Positions 34,451-43,085 of a stretch of 64,000 nt of DNA are shown in pieces (the stretch's first letter is position 1; each line of letters opens with the position of its first letter). Source of the stretch: Nitrososphaerota archaeon (lineage in GTDB: Archaea; Thermoproteota; Nitrososphaeria; PSMU01); NCBI GenBank assembly GCA_040290255.1, contig PSMU01000001.1:224001-288000 (forward strand), written 5' to 3'. The notes under the pieces were generated by a model. The model worked only from the letters and a program-made list of their open reading frames with translations, was not told the origin of the DNA and did not search any database. A program made the position numbers and the translations under genes.

Positions 34451-35798
34451 CGTTCGCGCCGGCCCGCTGCAGTAAATTAAGCTTAGCCTCCTCGACCTGG
34501 GCCAGGAGCTCCTCCAGGTCGACCAAGACGGGCCTCCCATTCTCCACGACGAGTCTGCCCTGCACCCACACGTGGCTGACGTTGCTGGGCCTCGCGGAAT
34601 AGACCAGCGCGTAGACGGGGTCGTAGACCGGGAAGGTGTTGTGCCTCCTCAGGTTAAAGAGCACGAGGTCGGCCAGGTAGCCCTTCGCTATCCTCCCGAG
34701 CCTCTCGCCCAGGCCCAGGGCCTTCGCCCCGTTCTCCGTGGCCAGCCTGAGCGAAGTATAGGCATCAAGCGCCGTCGGGTCGCCCGAGGCCACCTTCTGA
34801 AGCAGCGAAGCGACCTTGACCGTCTCCAGCATGTCCAGCGTGTTGTTCGAGGCGGGGCCGTCGGTGCCCAGCCCCACGTTGACGCCTTTCCTGAGGAACA
34901 TGGCCAGCGGCGCAATGCCCATCGCGAGCTTCATGTTGGCGATGGGATTTGAGGCTATCGAGGCCGAGGCCCGGGCGAAGTGCTCGGCGTCCTGCTCGCT
35001 GATATGAATGCAGTGGGCCGCGATCAGGTCGGGGCCCAGCAGGCCGGCGGCCCTTAGGTACTGCGCGAAGCCGCCGCTCAGGTCCACGCCGTACTTCTTC
35101 CGCACCTCCTCCGCCTCCCTGGGCTCCTCGGCCAGGTGAATGCTCAGCTTCACGGGCCCCCTTTCGCCATACCTCTCCTTCAGCTCGGCGTGCAGCTCCG
35201 CGCTTCTCCTGAGCAGCCGAGGGGAGACGCTATAGGGCGCATGGGGACCCACGCAGGCGAAGATCCTGCCCTCCCTCCCATGCCAGCTCGAGAAGAGGCG
35301 CTCCGTCTTGCGGAGCCCCTCCTGCTCGGTCCAGTCAAAGTAGCCGTGAGCTATGAAGGCCCTCAGCCCGGCCTGAAAGCAGGCGGCGGCTTCGTTGAGC
35401 TCCTCGCTCTCATAGAAGTACATGCTGAGCGCGCAGGTCGTGCCCGAAAGCAGGGCCTCGACGGCCGCCAGCTTTGCGCCCAGATAGATATCCCTGGGCG
35501 TGAGCTTTGCTTCGAGCGGCCAGACCCTCTTCTGCAGCCAATCCATCAGGGGCAGGTCCTCGGCGTAGCCCCTCAACAGGGCCATGGCCAGGTGCGTGTG
35601 AAGATTTATGAAGCCGGGCAGGAGGAGCCCGCCCCTTCCTTCTAGGCGCTCATAACGAGGATACCTGGGGCCCAGTTCATCGTAGGGCCCCACGTCCGCT
35701 ATCTCGCCCCCCTCGACCACGACCGCGCCGTCCCTGAGCACGCGGCCCGTGAAGACATAATCGGCCCTGATGAGGTAGGCCTGCTCGCCCCGCGCCAT
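34431..35798 (-). CDS. Amidohydrolase, MTA/SAH/5'-deoxyadenosine deaminase-like (MtaD/DadD)
   Basis: PGFIN.HTH..M..LRG..ED, PHAPY, H.AE, AHC, NP.AN.KL and GTDG..SNN motifs. Confidence 0.85.
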   Translation of the reverse strand: MARGEQAYLIRADYVFTGRVLRDGAVVVEGGEIADVGPYDELGPRYPRYERLEGRGGLLLPGFINLHTHLAMALLRGYAEDLPLMDWLQKRVWPLEAKLTPRDIYLGAKLAAVEALLSGTTCALSMYFYESEELNEAAACFQAGLRAFIAHGYFDWTEQEGLRKTERLFSSWHGREGRIFACVGPHAPYSVSPRLLRRSAELHAELKERYGERGPVKLSIHLAEEPREAEEVRKKYGVDLSGGFAQYLRAAGLLGPDLIAAHCIHISEQDAEHFARASASIASNPIANMKLAMGIAPLAMFLRKGVNVGLGTDGPASNNTLDMLETVKVASLLQKVASGDPTALDAYTSLRLATENGAKALGLGERLGRIAKGYLADLVLFNLRRHNTFPVYDPVYALVYSARPSNVSHVWVQGRLVVENGRPVLVDLEELLAQVEEAKLNLLQRAGANVEEGSR

Positions 35799-35851
35799 GG
35801 CGCGAAGGGGCAATGTTAAATAATAATGTTATTCGCCCGCAGCCCAAGGGC

Positions 35852-36265
35852 ATGGAGCTTACGTACGAGGCGCTGCTCGACCGCCTCTATGGCCGACTCG
35901 AGAAGCTGGGGATCAAGCCCGTCAAGAGCCGCCTGGAGGCGCCGCCGCCGCAGGTGATCAATATGGGCAACAGGACGGTGCTGCGGAACTTCCTTGAATA
36001 CGCCAGGCTCTTCAGGAGGGAGCCGGCCGAGCTGCTGGGCTACCTCAGCAGGGCCCTGGCCACCTCGGCGCACCTAGATGGGGAGAGGGCCATCTTCAAG
36101 GGCAACAAGGATGCGGCCGCCGTGCAGGCCGCGATCGCCAAGTATCAGAGGGAGTATGTGAACTGCCCGGTCTGCGGCTCGCCGGATACCAGGCTGGAGA
36201 AGGTGAAGAAGGTGCTCTACCTGGTCTGCGAGGCCTGCGGCGCCAGGTCGCCGCGAGGGGCATGA
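35852..36265 (+). CDS. eif2b: Translation initiation factor aIF2 beta
   Basis: Y..LL.R, NF.....R and the YV.CPVCGSPDT...CEACGA zinc ribbon. Confidence 0.92.
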   Translation: MELTYEALLDRLYGRLEKLGIKPVKSRLEAPPPQVINMGNRTVLRNFLEYARLFRREPAELLGYLSRALATSAHLDGERAIFKGNKDAAAVQAAIAKYQREYVNCPVCGSPDTRLEKVKKVLYLVCEACGARSPRGA

Positions 36266-36570
36266 GCGGGGACAGGCGCTTCGCGAGCAGGGCCCTCAGG
36301 GCCCAGGGCAGGTTCTTGGTGAGCATCTGCGATGCCGAGCTGCTGGGCACCACGCTCAGGGGAGATGGCGTGGAGATAAGGATAGACCAGGCCCGGTACG
36401 GCGGGGGGCTCATCGATGAGCGATACGCGCTGCAGCTGGTCAGGAGCGGCGACATAATCGACCTGGTGGGGCGCCGCATCGTGCAGCTGGCGCTCGACAA
36501 CGGCCTCGGCCATCCCGATGGCGTAAAGCTCGTGGGCGATGTGCCCTTCCTCTTCATCTACAGGCTTTAG
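36262..36570 (+). CDS. DUF424 family protein
   Basis: CD.ELLG, YGG and LVG...V..A motifs; conserved neighbour of aIF2b and aIF1A. Confidence 0.8.
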   Translation: MSGDRRFASRALRAQGRFLVSICDAELLGTTLRGDGVEIRIDQARYGGGLIDERYALQLVRSGDIIDLVGRRIVQLALDNGLGHPDGVKLVGDVPFLFIYRL

Positions 36571-36611
36571 GCTCCGGTAGGTTTATCTAAGGCTTAGCGA
36601 AATTCAGTCGC

Positions 36612-36920
36612 ATGGGAAAGCGAAAGGTGCTGAGCGAGGAGGAGCTAAAGGAGCTCGTGCTCCCCGGGCAGGGGGAGATGCTGGGGAGGGTGATCAGGCT
36701 GCTGGGAGGGGATAATATACTGGTGCGGTGCGTGGACGGGAAGGAGAGGCTGGCCAGGATCAGGGGCAAGCTGAAGAAGAGGATATGGGTGCGGGACGGC
36801 GACGTGGTGCTGGTGGCGCCTTGGGACTTCAAGGACGATAGGGCGGACGTGCTGTGGCGCTATACGGTGGCCCAGGTGGACTGGCTCCGGGCCAACGGCT
36901 ACCTGCCCCCCGACCTGTAG
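36612..36920 (+). CDS. eif1a: Translation initiation factor aIF1A
   Basis: LGG....V.C.DG..R..RIRGK.KKR.W...GD.V motif. Confidence 0.95.
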   Translation: MGKRKVLSEEELKELVLPGQGEMLGRVIRLLGGDNILVRCVDGKERLARIRGKLKKRIWVRDGDVVLVAPWDFKDDRADVLWRYTVAQVDWLRANGYLPPDL

Positions 36921-36922
36921 GC

Positions 36923-37717
36923 TTGCCCGGCCGAGAAGAGGAGTTCGACGAGGCCAGGCTGAAAAAGGCACTGGAGGCGCTGCGCAGGCTCGAGTACAGG
37001 GATAGGTTCAGGATAAAGGGGGAGGAGCAGAGGGAGGTCTTGGAGCAGGTCTTCGATGAGAGGACGTTGATGACGCTTTATGAGCTGGCGAACAGGGGGG
37101 CCTTCAGCGTGCTGGACGGGGCCATCAGCTCGGGCAAGGAGGCCCGTGTTTACTGGGCCCGCCGGGGCGATGGCGGCGAGCTGGCCGTGAAGATCTTCGC
37201 GTATGCCGCGCTGCGCTTCAAGCACAGGCTCCCCTACATACAGGGTGACCCTCGCTTCTCTCGCTTCCCGAGGCGCTCCCACAAGTTCATAGATGTCTGG
37301 GCGAGGAAGGAGTTCGCGAACCTCAGCCAGGCCTACCAGGCGGGCGTGGCGGTGCCCAGGCCCTATGCGATAAGGCGCAACGTGCTCGTGATGCAATTCG
37401 TCGGCAGGGACGGCGTGCCCGCGCCCCGCTTTGTGGATGCCAAGCAGGAGCTCAGGGCCGCGCACTACGATGCGCTGCTGGGCGAGGTGGCAAAGCTCTA
37501 CAGGAAGGCGCGGCTCGTGCACGCCGACCTCTCGGAGTACAACGTCTTCTACTGGGAGGATGGGCCCGTGCTCTTTGACTTCGGCTCGGCCGTGGATACA
37601 TCGCACCCGTCGGCGCAGGCCTTCCTGGCCAGGGACCTTATCAACGTCAACCGCTTCTTCTCCGAGCTGGGCGTGCCCGTGCTGCCGCTGGAGGAGCTGC
37701 TGAAGAGGGTGATGTAG
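36923..37717 (+). CDS. rio1: RIO1 serine/threonine kinase
   Basis: SSGKEA.VY, W..KEF.NL, HADLSEYN and FDFG motifs. TTG start at 36923. Confidence 0.92.
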   Translation: MPGREEEFDEARLKKALEALRRLEYRDRFRIKGEEQREVLEQVFDERTLMTLYELANRGAFSVLDGAISSGKEARVYWARRGDGGELAVKIFAYAALRFKHRLPYIQGDPRFSRFPRRSHKFIDVWARKEFANLSQAYQAGVAVPRPYAIRRNVLVMQFVGRDGVPAPRFVDAKQELRAAHYDALLGEVAKLYRKARLVHADLSEYNVFYWEDGPVLFDFGSAVDTSHPSAQAFLARDLINVNRFFSELGVPVLPLEELLKRVM

Positions 37718-37733
37718 GCTGCCGGCGCACTTC

Positions 37734-38297
37734 GTGAAGAACCTGAAGGTGCCCCTGGAGCGGGTGGGCGTGCTGATAGGAAGGGCGGGGGAGGTGAAGA
37801 GGAGGATAGAGGAGGCCTGCCGCGTCAAGCTGGAGGTGAACGGGGCGACGGGCGATGTCACGATAACGCTGGCGGACGATCCGGGCGAGGCGGCCCCGCT
37901 GAAGGCGGCCGAGATCGTCATGGCCATCGGCCGCGGCTTCTCCCCCGACAGGGCCTTTTCGCTGCTGGAGGAGGGCTGGGAGCTGAGGGTCGTGGACCTA
38001 ATGGAGTACGCGCGCTCGAGGGAGGACCTGCCCAGGGTAAGGGCCCGCCTGATCGGCAGCCAGGGCAAGGCCAGGAGGACGATCGAGGAGCTGACGGGCA
38101 CCTACGTTTCCATTTACGGCGACACGGCCTGCGTGGTCGGCCAGCACGAGCATGCCGCCATCGCGGAGGAGGCGATAAGGAAGCTCGCCTCGGGCTCGCC
38201 CCATGCGGCCGTCTACTCCTTTCTGCAGAGGATGAGGAGGACGCTAAAGCTGGAGGAGCTGGGCCTCTGGGAAGGGAAGGTGCTTGGCCAGGGCTAG
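37734..38297 (+). CDS. KH-domain rRNA processing protein (Dim2/Pno1-like)
   Basis: RVGVLIG..G, AIGRGFSP, RLIG..G..R..IE and G..H..VY motifs. May start at CTG 37719. Confidence 0.9.
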   Translation: MKNLKVPLERVGVLIGRAGEVKRRIEEACRVKLEVNGATGDVTITLADDPGEAAPLKAAEIVMAIGRGFSPDRAFSLLEEGWELRVVDLMEYARSREDLPRVRARLIGSQGKARRTIEELTGTYVSIYGDTACVVGQHEHAAIAEEAIRKLASGSPHAAVYSFLQRMRRTLKLEELGLWEGKVLGQG

Positions 38298-39849
38298 CCG
38301 CCAGGAGTTCAAGGAGATAAGCCCCTCCGAATTCTTCTACAGGAATAGGGAGCTCGCCGGCTTCTCCAACCCCAGCCGCTCGCTCTACTCCGCCGTCAGG
38401 GAGTTGGTCGAAAACTCCTTGGATGCCTGCGAGCTGAACGGCATCCTGCCCAGCGTGCAGATAAGGATCGCCAGCGCGGAGCAGGACCGACTTGACCCCA
38501 GGCTTTACACGCTCACGGTCGAGGATAATGGGCCCGGCATAAGGGCCGAGCAGCTGCCCAGCGCCTTCGGCAAGGTCTTTTATGGCTCGAAGTTCGTCCT
38601 AAGGCAGAGCAGGGGCCTCTTTGGGCTGGGCGGGACGATGGCCATCCTCTATGCCCAGATCACGAGCAGCCAGCCGGCCCTCATCGCCTCCTGCACGGAC
38701 GGGGAAACGGGCATTAGGGTCAAGCTGCTGATAGATGTGGAGAGAAATCAGCCCATCGTGGTCGAAAGGCAGGCCTTCGCGGCGGGGGGATGGAGGGGGC
38801 TGCGGGTCACCATCACGCTGCTGGGCGACTACTCCAGGGCCCAGGCCAAGCTGCTCGAATACGTGAGACAGACGGCCATGGCCGCGCCCTATGCGGAGCT
38901 GCGCTACGAGGACCCCTTCGGCAAGGCGTATGAGTTCGCCAGGCTCACGGAGGTCATGCCCCCTCCTCCCAAGGAGATCCTGCCTCACCCCCATGGGCTG
39001 GACGTCGAGACGATCCGGAGGCTGATCAGGAGGGAGGCGGACCGCCCCCTGGCCGAGCTCCTGGTGAGGAACCTACACCGCGTGGGCGAGAAGACCGCGC
39101 GGGCCTTCTTGGCGCAGAACGGCTTCGACCCGGAGAGGAGGGCGGGCGAGCTCTCGAACGAGGAGGCCGTGCGCCTCTTCAAGGCCCTCCAGAGCTATGA
39201 GGGGTTCATGAGGCCCGATGCCTCCTGCCTCTCGCCGCTGGGCGAGGAGCTGCTGCTCCTGGGCGTCAAGAGGGAGCTGAAGCCCGAGTTCGCGGTGGCC
39301 TGCAGCCGCCCGCCGGCGAGCTACTCGGGCCATCCGTTCATCGTGGAGGCCGCTGTTGCTTACGGCGGCGCGCTGCCGCCAGGATTGAGGCTGTACAGAT
39401 TCGCGAACCGCATCCCCCTGCTCTACGACGAGATGAGCGACGTGAGCTGGAAGGTGCTGAACGAGGGCGTGAACTGGACCCGCTACCGCCTGAACCCCGA
39501 GATGCCCCTGGCCGTGGTGACGCACATCTGCAGCACCAAGGTGCCCTACAAGACGGTGGGGAAGGAGTACATAGCGGACCAGCCCGAGCTGGAGAGGGAG
39601 CTGACGGGCGCGATCAGGGAATGCTTCAGGAAGCTCTCCGCATACCTTTCACGGAAGGGCTCCCTCGAGCAGCGCGTCAAGAGGTTCGAGCTCTACAAGA
39701 AGTACCTGCCCTTGTTGGCGGAATTTTCCAGGGGGCTGGCCCGAAGGCCCAGGGCCCCCTCCTACCGGGCCCTGTTGGAAAGGTTATATCGCGAGGGAGG
39801 GCTGGCCGAGCAGCATGGCGGCGGAAACGAAGAGGACGAAGGTCCTTGA
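38284..39849 (+). CDS. top6B: DNA topoisomerase VI subunit B
   Basis: EFF.RN....GF, ELVENSLDA, DNGPG, QSRG..GLG and RFANRIPL motifs. Confidence 0.96.
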   Translation: MARASRQEFKEISPSEFFYRNRELAGFSNPSRSLYSAVRELVENSLDACELNGILPSVQIRIASAEQDRLDPRLYTLTVEDNGPGIRAEQLPSAFGKVFYGSKFVLRQSRGLFGLGGTMAILYAQITSSQPALIASCTDGETGIRVKLLIDVERNQPIVVERQAFAAGGWRGLRVTITLLGDYSRAQAKLLEYVRQTAMAAPYAELRYEDPFGKAYEFARLTEVMPPPPKEILPHPHGLDVETIRRLIRREADRPLAELLVRNLHRVGEKTARAFLAQNGFDPERRAGELSNEEAVRLFKALQSYEGFMRPDASCLSPLGEELLLLGVKRELKPEFAVACSRPPASYSGHPFIVEAAVAYGGALPPGLRLYRFANRIPLLYDEMSDVSWKVLNEGVNWTRYRLNPEMPLAVVTHICSTKVPYKTVGKEYIADQPELERELTGAIRECFRKLSAYLSRKGSLEQRVKRFELYKKYLPLLAEFSRGLARRPRAPSYRALLERLYREGGLAEQHGGGNEEDEGP

Positions 39850-40891
39850 GGCCTTCAGGGCGCTGGGCGATAGGCTCTGCTCCATGCTCGAGAAGGGCGA
39901 GTTCCCCAGGCTGGAGCTCAAGAGTCGGTCGGTCTCCAACATCATCTACGATGAGGCGCTAAGGCAGTTCACGCTGGGCCCCAAGAGGGTCCTGCTGAAC
40001 TTCGGCAACGTAAAGCAGGTCAGGAGGTTCACGCAGCTCGTCTGGCTGGCGTACTTTTCCAGCCTGCTCGTGCGGCAGAGGAGGACGAGCACGCTCAGGG
40101 ATGTTTACTACTCGGCCCAGGCCTATCGGCTCGACTTCGCCGACCAAGATGAGAGCGATGAGAGGATTATAGAGCTCGAGACGCTGCTGGGCGCCATCAG
40201 GGAGGCCTTCAACATCTATCCCGAGGAGCGCAGCTCCATCTTCGGGGACCTGGTGATAGAGTATACCACGCCCGGCTACGAGGGCAGGAGGCTCAACCTC
40301 TCCTCCCACCCGGACGGCTATATGATAGGCCCCTCGCTCAGCACGGCCGAGCTAATAGAGACGAGCGCCGAGAGGGTGCTGGCCGTCGAGAAGGGGGGGC
40401 TCTTCACGCGCTTTGTGGAGGAGAAGGTGCACCAGAGGTATAGGGCCCTTCTCGTGGACCTCGCCGGCCAGGCGCCCCGGGCCACGAGATACCTGCTCAG
40501 GCGCCTGAACCAGGAGCTGGGCCTGCCCGTGCTGATACTGACGGACGGGGATCCCTGGGGCGCGCACATCGCGGCCGTCATCGTATCGGGTTCGGCCAAC
40601 GCCGCCCACGTGCCCGAGATCAACGTGCCGGAGGCGAAGTGGGTGGGCGTCTGGGCCACGGACATAAGGAAGTGGAGGCTGCCCTCGGACCCCTTCACGG
40701 AGCAGGACGCCAAGAGGCTGCAGGAGCTGCTGCAGGACCCGCGCTACCATGGTGGCATCTGGAGGGAGCAGCTCGAGGCCTTCGCGAAGCTGAGGAGGAA
40801 GTCCGAGCTGGAGGCCTTCTCCAAGTACGGGCTCACGGCCATCGTCGATAAGTACCTGCCCGAGAAGATACGGTTGGCCGAGAGCCTTTAA
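39815..40891 (+). CDS. top6A: DNA topoisomerase VI subunit A
   Basis: TLRDVYY (catalytic Tyr), VEK, D.DPWG (TOPRIM) and K.ELEA motifs. Confidence 0.96.
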   Translation: MAAETKRTKVLEAFRALGDRLCSMLEKGEFPRLELKSRSVSNIIYDEALRQFTLGPKRVLLNFGNVKQVRRFTQLVWLAYFSSLLVRQRRTSTLRDVYYSAQAYRLDFADQDESDERIIELETLLGAIREAFNIYPEERSSIFGDLVIEYTTPGYEGRRLNLSSHPDGYMIGPSLSTAELIETSAERVLAVEKGGLFTRFVEEKVHQRYRALLVDLAGQAPRATRYLLRRLNQELGLPVLILTDGDPWGAHIAAVIVSGSANAAHVPEINVPEAKWVGVWATDIRKWRLPSDPFTEQDAKRLQELLQDPRYHGGIWREQLEAFAKLRRKSELEAFSKYGLTAIVDKYLPEKIRLAESL

Positions 40892-40922
40892 CGGCTATAT
40901 AGCCTTGGCGGCCGGGGGCCCC

Positions 40923-41138
40923 ATGGCGCTTAGCAAGGAGAAGGAGATCTCGGCGCGGCGGGTCAGCGCCTTCATAAAGCTCTTGGCCCTCGCGACGCTG
41001 ATAATAGGCTCCGTCCTGTTCGCGCTCACGTACCTGACGCCCATGCCCGGGCCGTTGGCCGCGCTCTTCTACATGGCCTCGGCCTTCCTCCTGGGCGCCG
41101 CGCTGCTGGCGCTCATCGCCAATGTGAAGGTGGATTAG
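40923..41138 (+). CDS. Small 2-TM hypothetical protein
   Basis: 71-aa ORF with two hydrophobic segments; TATA-like TATATAG upstream. Confidence 0.6.
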   Translation: MALSKEKEISARRVSAFIKLLALATLIIGSVLFALTYLTPMPGPLAALFYMASAFLLGAALLALIANVKVD

Positions 41139-41139
41139 C

Positions 41140-42138
41140 TTGGCGAAGATAGGCCTGGCACTCCTGGGCCTCGGGCGCGTGGGCCGGGCCCTCGTGGGGC
41201 TGCTGGCCCGCCGCCCCCTGGAGGGGCTCTGGCATGATACCGTGGGCGGCTACCGTCTGGAGGATATAGAGCTCAGGGCGGTCTATGACGTGGACCCCGA
41301 AAAGGTGGGCAGGCCTCTCTCCGAGCTCGTGCCCGGATATCAGGGCGAACTCCGCGTCGAAAGGGGCGTGCTGCTGGAGCGGCTCCCCTTCCTGGAAGCG
41401 CCCGTGACGCCCAGGCCCGATGAGGAGGCCTTCGCCGGGAGGCTCAGGGCCTCCGGGGCTCATATGGCCCTGAACCTCATCACCTCCGGCGCCCCGGAAT
41501 CGGCCCGCTTCTACTGCCTCTCCTCGCTCAGGGCGGGCCTTTCGTTCATCAACGCGGCCCCCGTAAGGCTGGCCGCCGATCCTCAGCTGGCCGGCGAGTT
41601 CGGGAGAAGGGGGCTGATAATTGCGGGCGATGACCTGCTCAGCCAGCTGGGGGCGACGGCGCTTCACAGGGCGCTCATCTGGCTGCTGGCCAAGCGCGGG
41701 CTAAGGGTGCTCAGGAGCTACGAGCTGGACGTGGGCGGGGGCATGGACGCCCGCGCCTCGCTCCTTGATGAGGTGAAGGAGGCCAAGCGCTCGATCATAC
41801 GGGAGAGCCTCAGGAGGGAGCTGCCCTACCCCTTTCAGACGGCGGCCGGCACGGTGGAGTACGTGGAGTTCCTGGGCGAAAGGAGGGTCAGCTACATTTA
41901 CCTTGAGGGCGAGGCCCCCCTGGGCACGGTCTTCAGGATAGATGTGACGCTGAAGAGCGAGGACCCCGCGAACGCCGTGAACGTGCTGGTGGACGTAATA
42001 AGGGCCGTGGCCCGTGCCAAGGAGATGGGGGAGCGCGGCGCCGTGCCCGAGATCTGCGCCTACGGGTTTAAGCTGCCCCCGGAGGGGCCCAGCCTGCTGG
42101 AGGCCCAGGAGAGGTTCGAGGCCAAGTACTGCCCCTAG
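41140..42138 (+). CDS. myo-inositol-1-phosphate synthase-like protein (divergent)
   Basis: G.G.VG, DVD..KVG, FINA.P, GDD..SQ.GAT.LH and FK.PP motifs. Confidence 0.78.
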   Translation: MAKIGLALLGLGRVGRALVGLLARRPLEGLWHDTVGGYRLEDIELRAVYDVDPEKVGRPLSELVPGYQGELRVERGVLLERLPFLEAPVTPRPDEEAFAGRLRASGAHMALNLITSGAPESARFYCLSSLRAGLSFINAAPVRLAADPQLAGEFGRRGLIIAGDDLLSQLGATALHRALIWLLAKRGLRVLRSYELDVGGGMDARASLLDEVKEAKRSIIRESLRRELPYPFQTAAGTVEYVEFLGERRVSYIYLEGEAPLGTVFRIDVTLKSEDPANAVNVLVDVIRAVARAKEMGERGAVPEICAYGFKLPPEGPSLLEAQERFEAKYCP

Positions 42139-42176
42139 CCTTGCAAGATAAATATACGGCGTCCCCTACTCCATCT

Positions 42177-42250
42177 GGCGGCGTAGCTCAGCTCGGTAGA
42201 GCACCCGGCTGTTAACCGGGTGGTCGAGGGTTCGAATCCCTCCGCCGCCG
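42177..42250 (+). tRNA. tRNA-Asn(GTT), no intron
   Basis: Acceptor stem GGCGGCG/CGCCGCC; CCCGG-CTGTTAA-CCGGG; GAGGG-TTCGAAT-CCCTC. TATA-like ATAAATATA at 42148-42156. Confidence 0.97.
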
Positions 42251-42287
42251 CGGTAGGGCTTATTGCCCTGCCCTCCTGGCCAAGCGC

Positions 42288-43085
42288 GTGAGCCCAGGGC
42301 CTCGCCTGGCCGAGCTGCTGCCCATAACGGCCGCGGCGCTCCTCCTGCTCTCCGATGCCGCGCAGCTCCTGGGCCAGGGCCTTCTTCGCTCGCTGCTGCT
42401 GCATGCCTCCTCCTTCCTGCTGGCCCTTGGCCTCGCGGCGCTCGCGCAGAGGAGGGCCGGCTGGCGCTTCTTGGGCCGGGCCTTGGCGGTGCTCCTGCTG
42501 GGAGGATGGGCCCTGGAGGTGGTGGGCACTAGGACGGGCCTGCCCTTCGGGGAGTACCGCTATGCCCAGCTGCTTCAGCCCCAGCTCGCGGGCGTGCCCG
42601 TACAGGTGCCGGTGGGCTGGTTCACGCTGGGCCTGCTAGCGTTTCTCCTGGCGGGCGGCCGGCCTACGGCCGGAACCTTGGCTGGGGGCACCGCGCTGAT
42701 GGTGGCCTGGGACGTGATGTATGAGCCCTACTTCGTGGCCGTGGGCGCTTGGAGCTGGAACGAGGGCGCCTACTTCGGCATCCCCCTCACGAACTTTGCG
42801 GGCTGGGCGCTGGCCTCCTTCCTGTTCCTCCTCCTGCTGAGCCTGGGCCTGCCCGGGAGGAAGGGCGGGGAGGAGCCCCCAAGGGCCCCGCTGGCCGCCG
42901 CCTATCTTGCCTACGCCATCGACGGCGCCCTGCAGGAGGTCATATTGGGCGCGCCCCTGGCCGGGCTCATCGGATTGGCCGCGATGTGCCTGGCGCTGGC
43001 CGGCGCGAGGCGAACCGCCGGGCGGCCTAGCGCTCCTGAGCCCTCTGCTGGCCCAGGCCCTGGCCCAGCAGCTCCGAGAACCTGA
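42288..43085 (+). CDS. CruF-like carotenoid hydratase family membrane protein
   Basis: E..G..TG.PFG.Y.Y, GVP..VP.GW, WD...EP and G.P..NF.GW motifs. Confidence 0.78.
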   Translation: MSPGPRLAELLPITAAALLLLSDAAQLLGQGLLRSLLLHASSFLLALGLAALAQRRAGWRFLGRALAVLLLGGWALEVVGTRTGLPFGEYRYAQLLQPQLAGVPVQVPVGWFTLGLLAFLLAGGRPTAGTLAGGTALMVAWDVMYEPYFVAVGAWSWNEGAYFGIPLTNFAGWALASFLFLLLLSLGLPGRKGGEEPPRAPLAAAYLAYAIDGALQEVILGAPLAGLIGLAAMCLALAGARRTAGRPSAPEPSAGPGPGPAAPRT

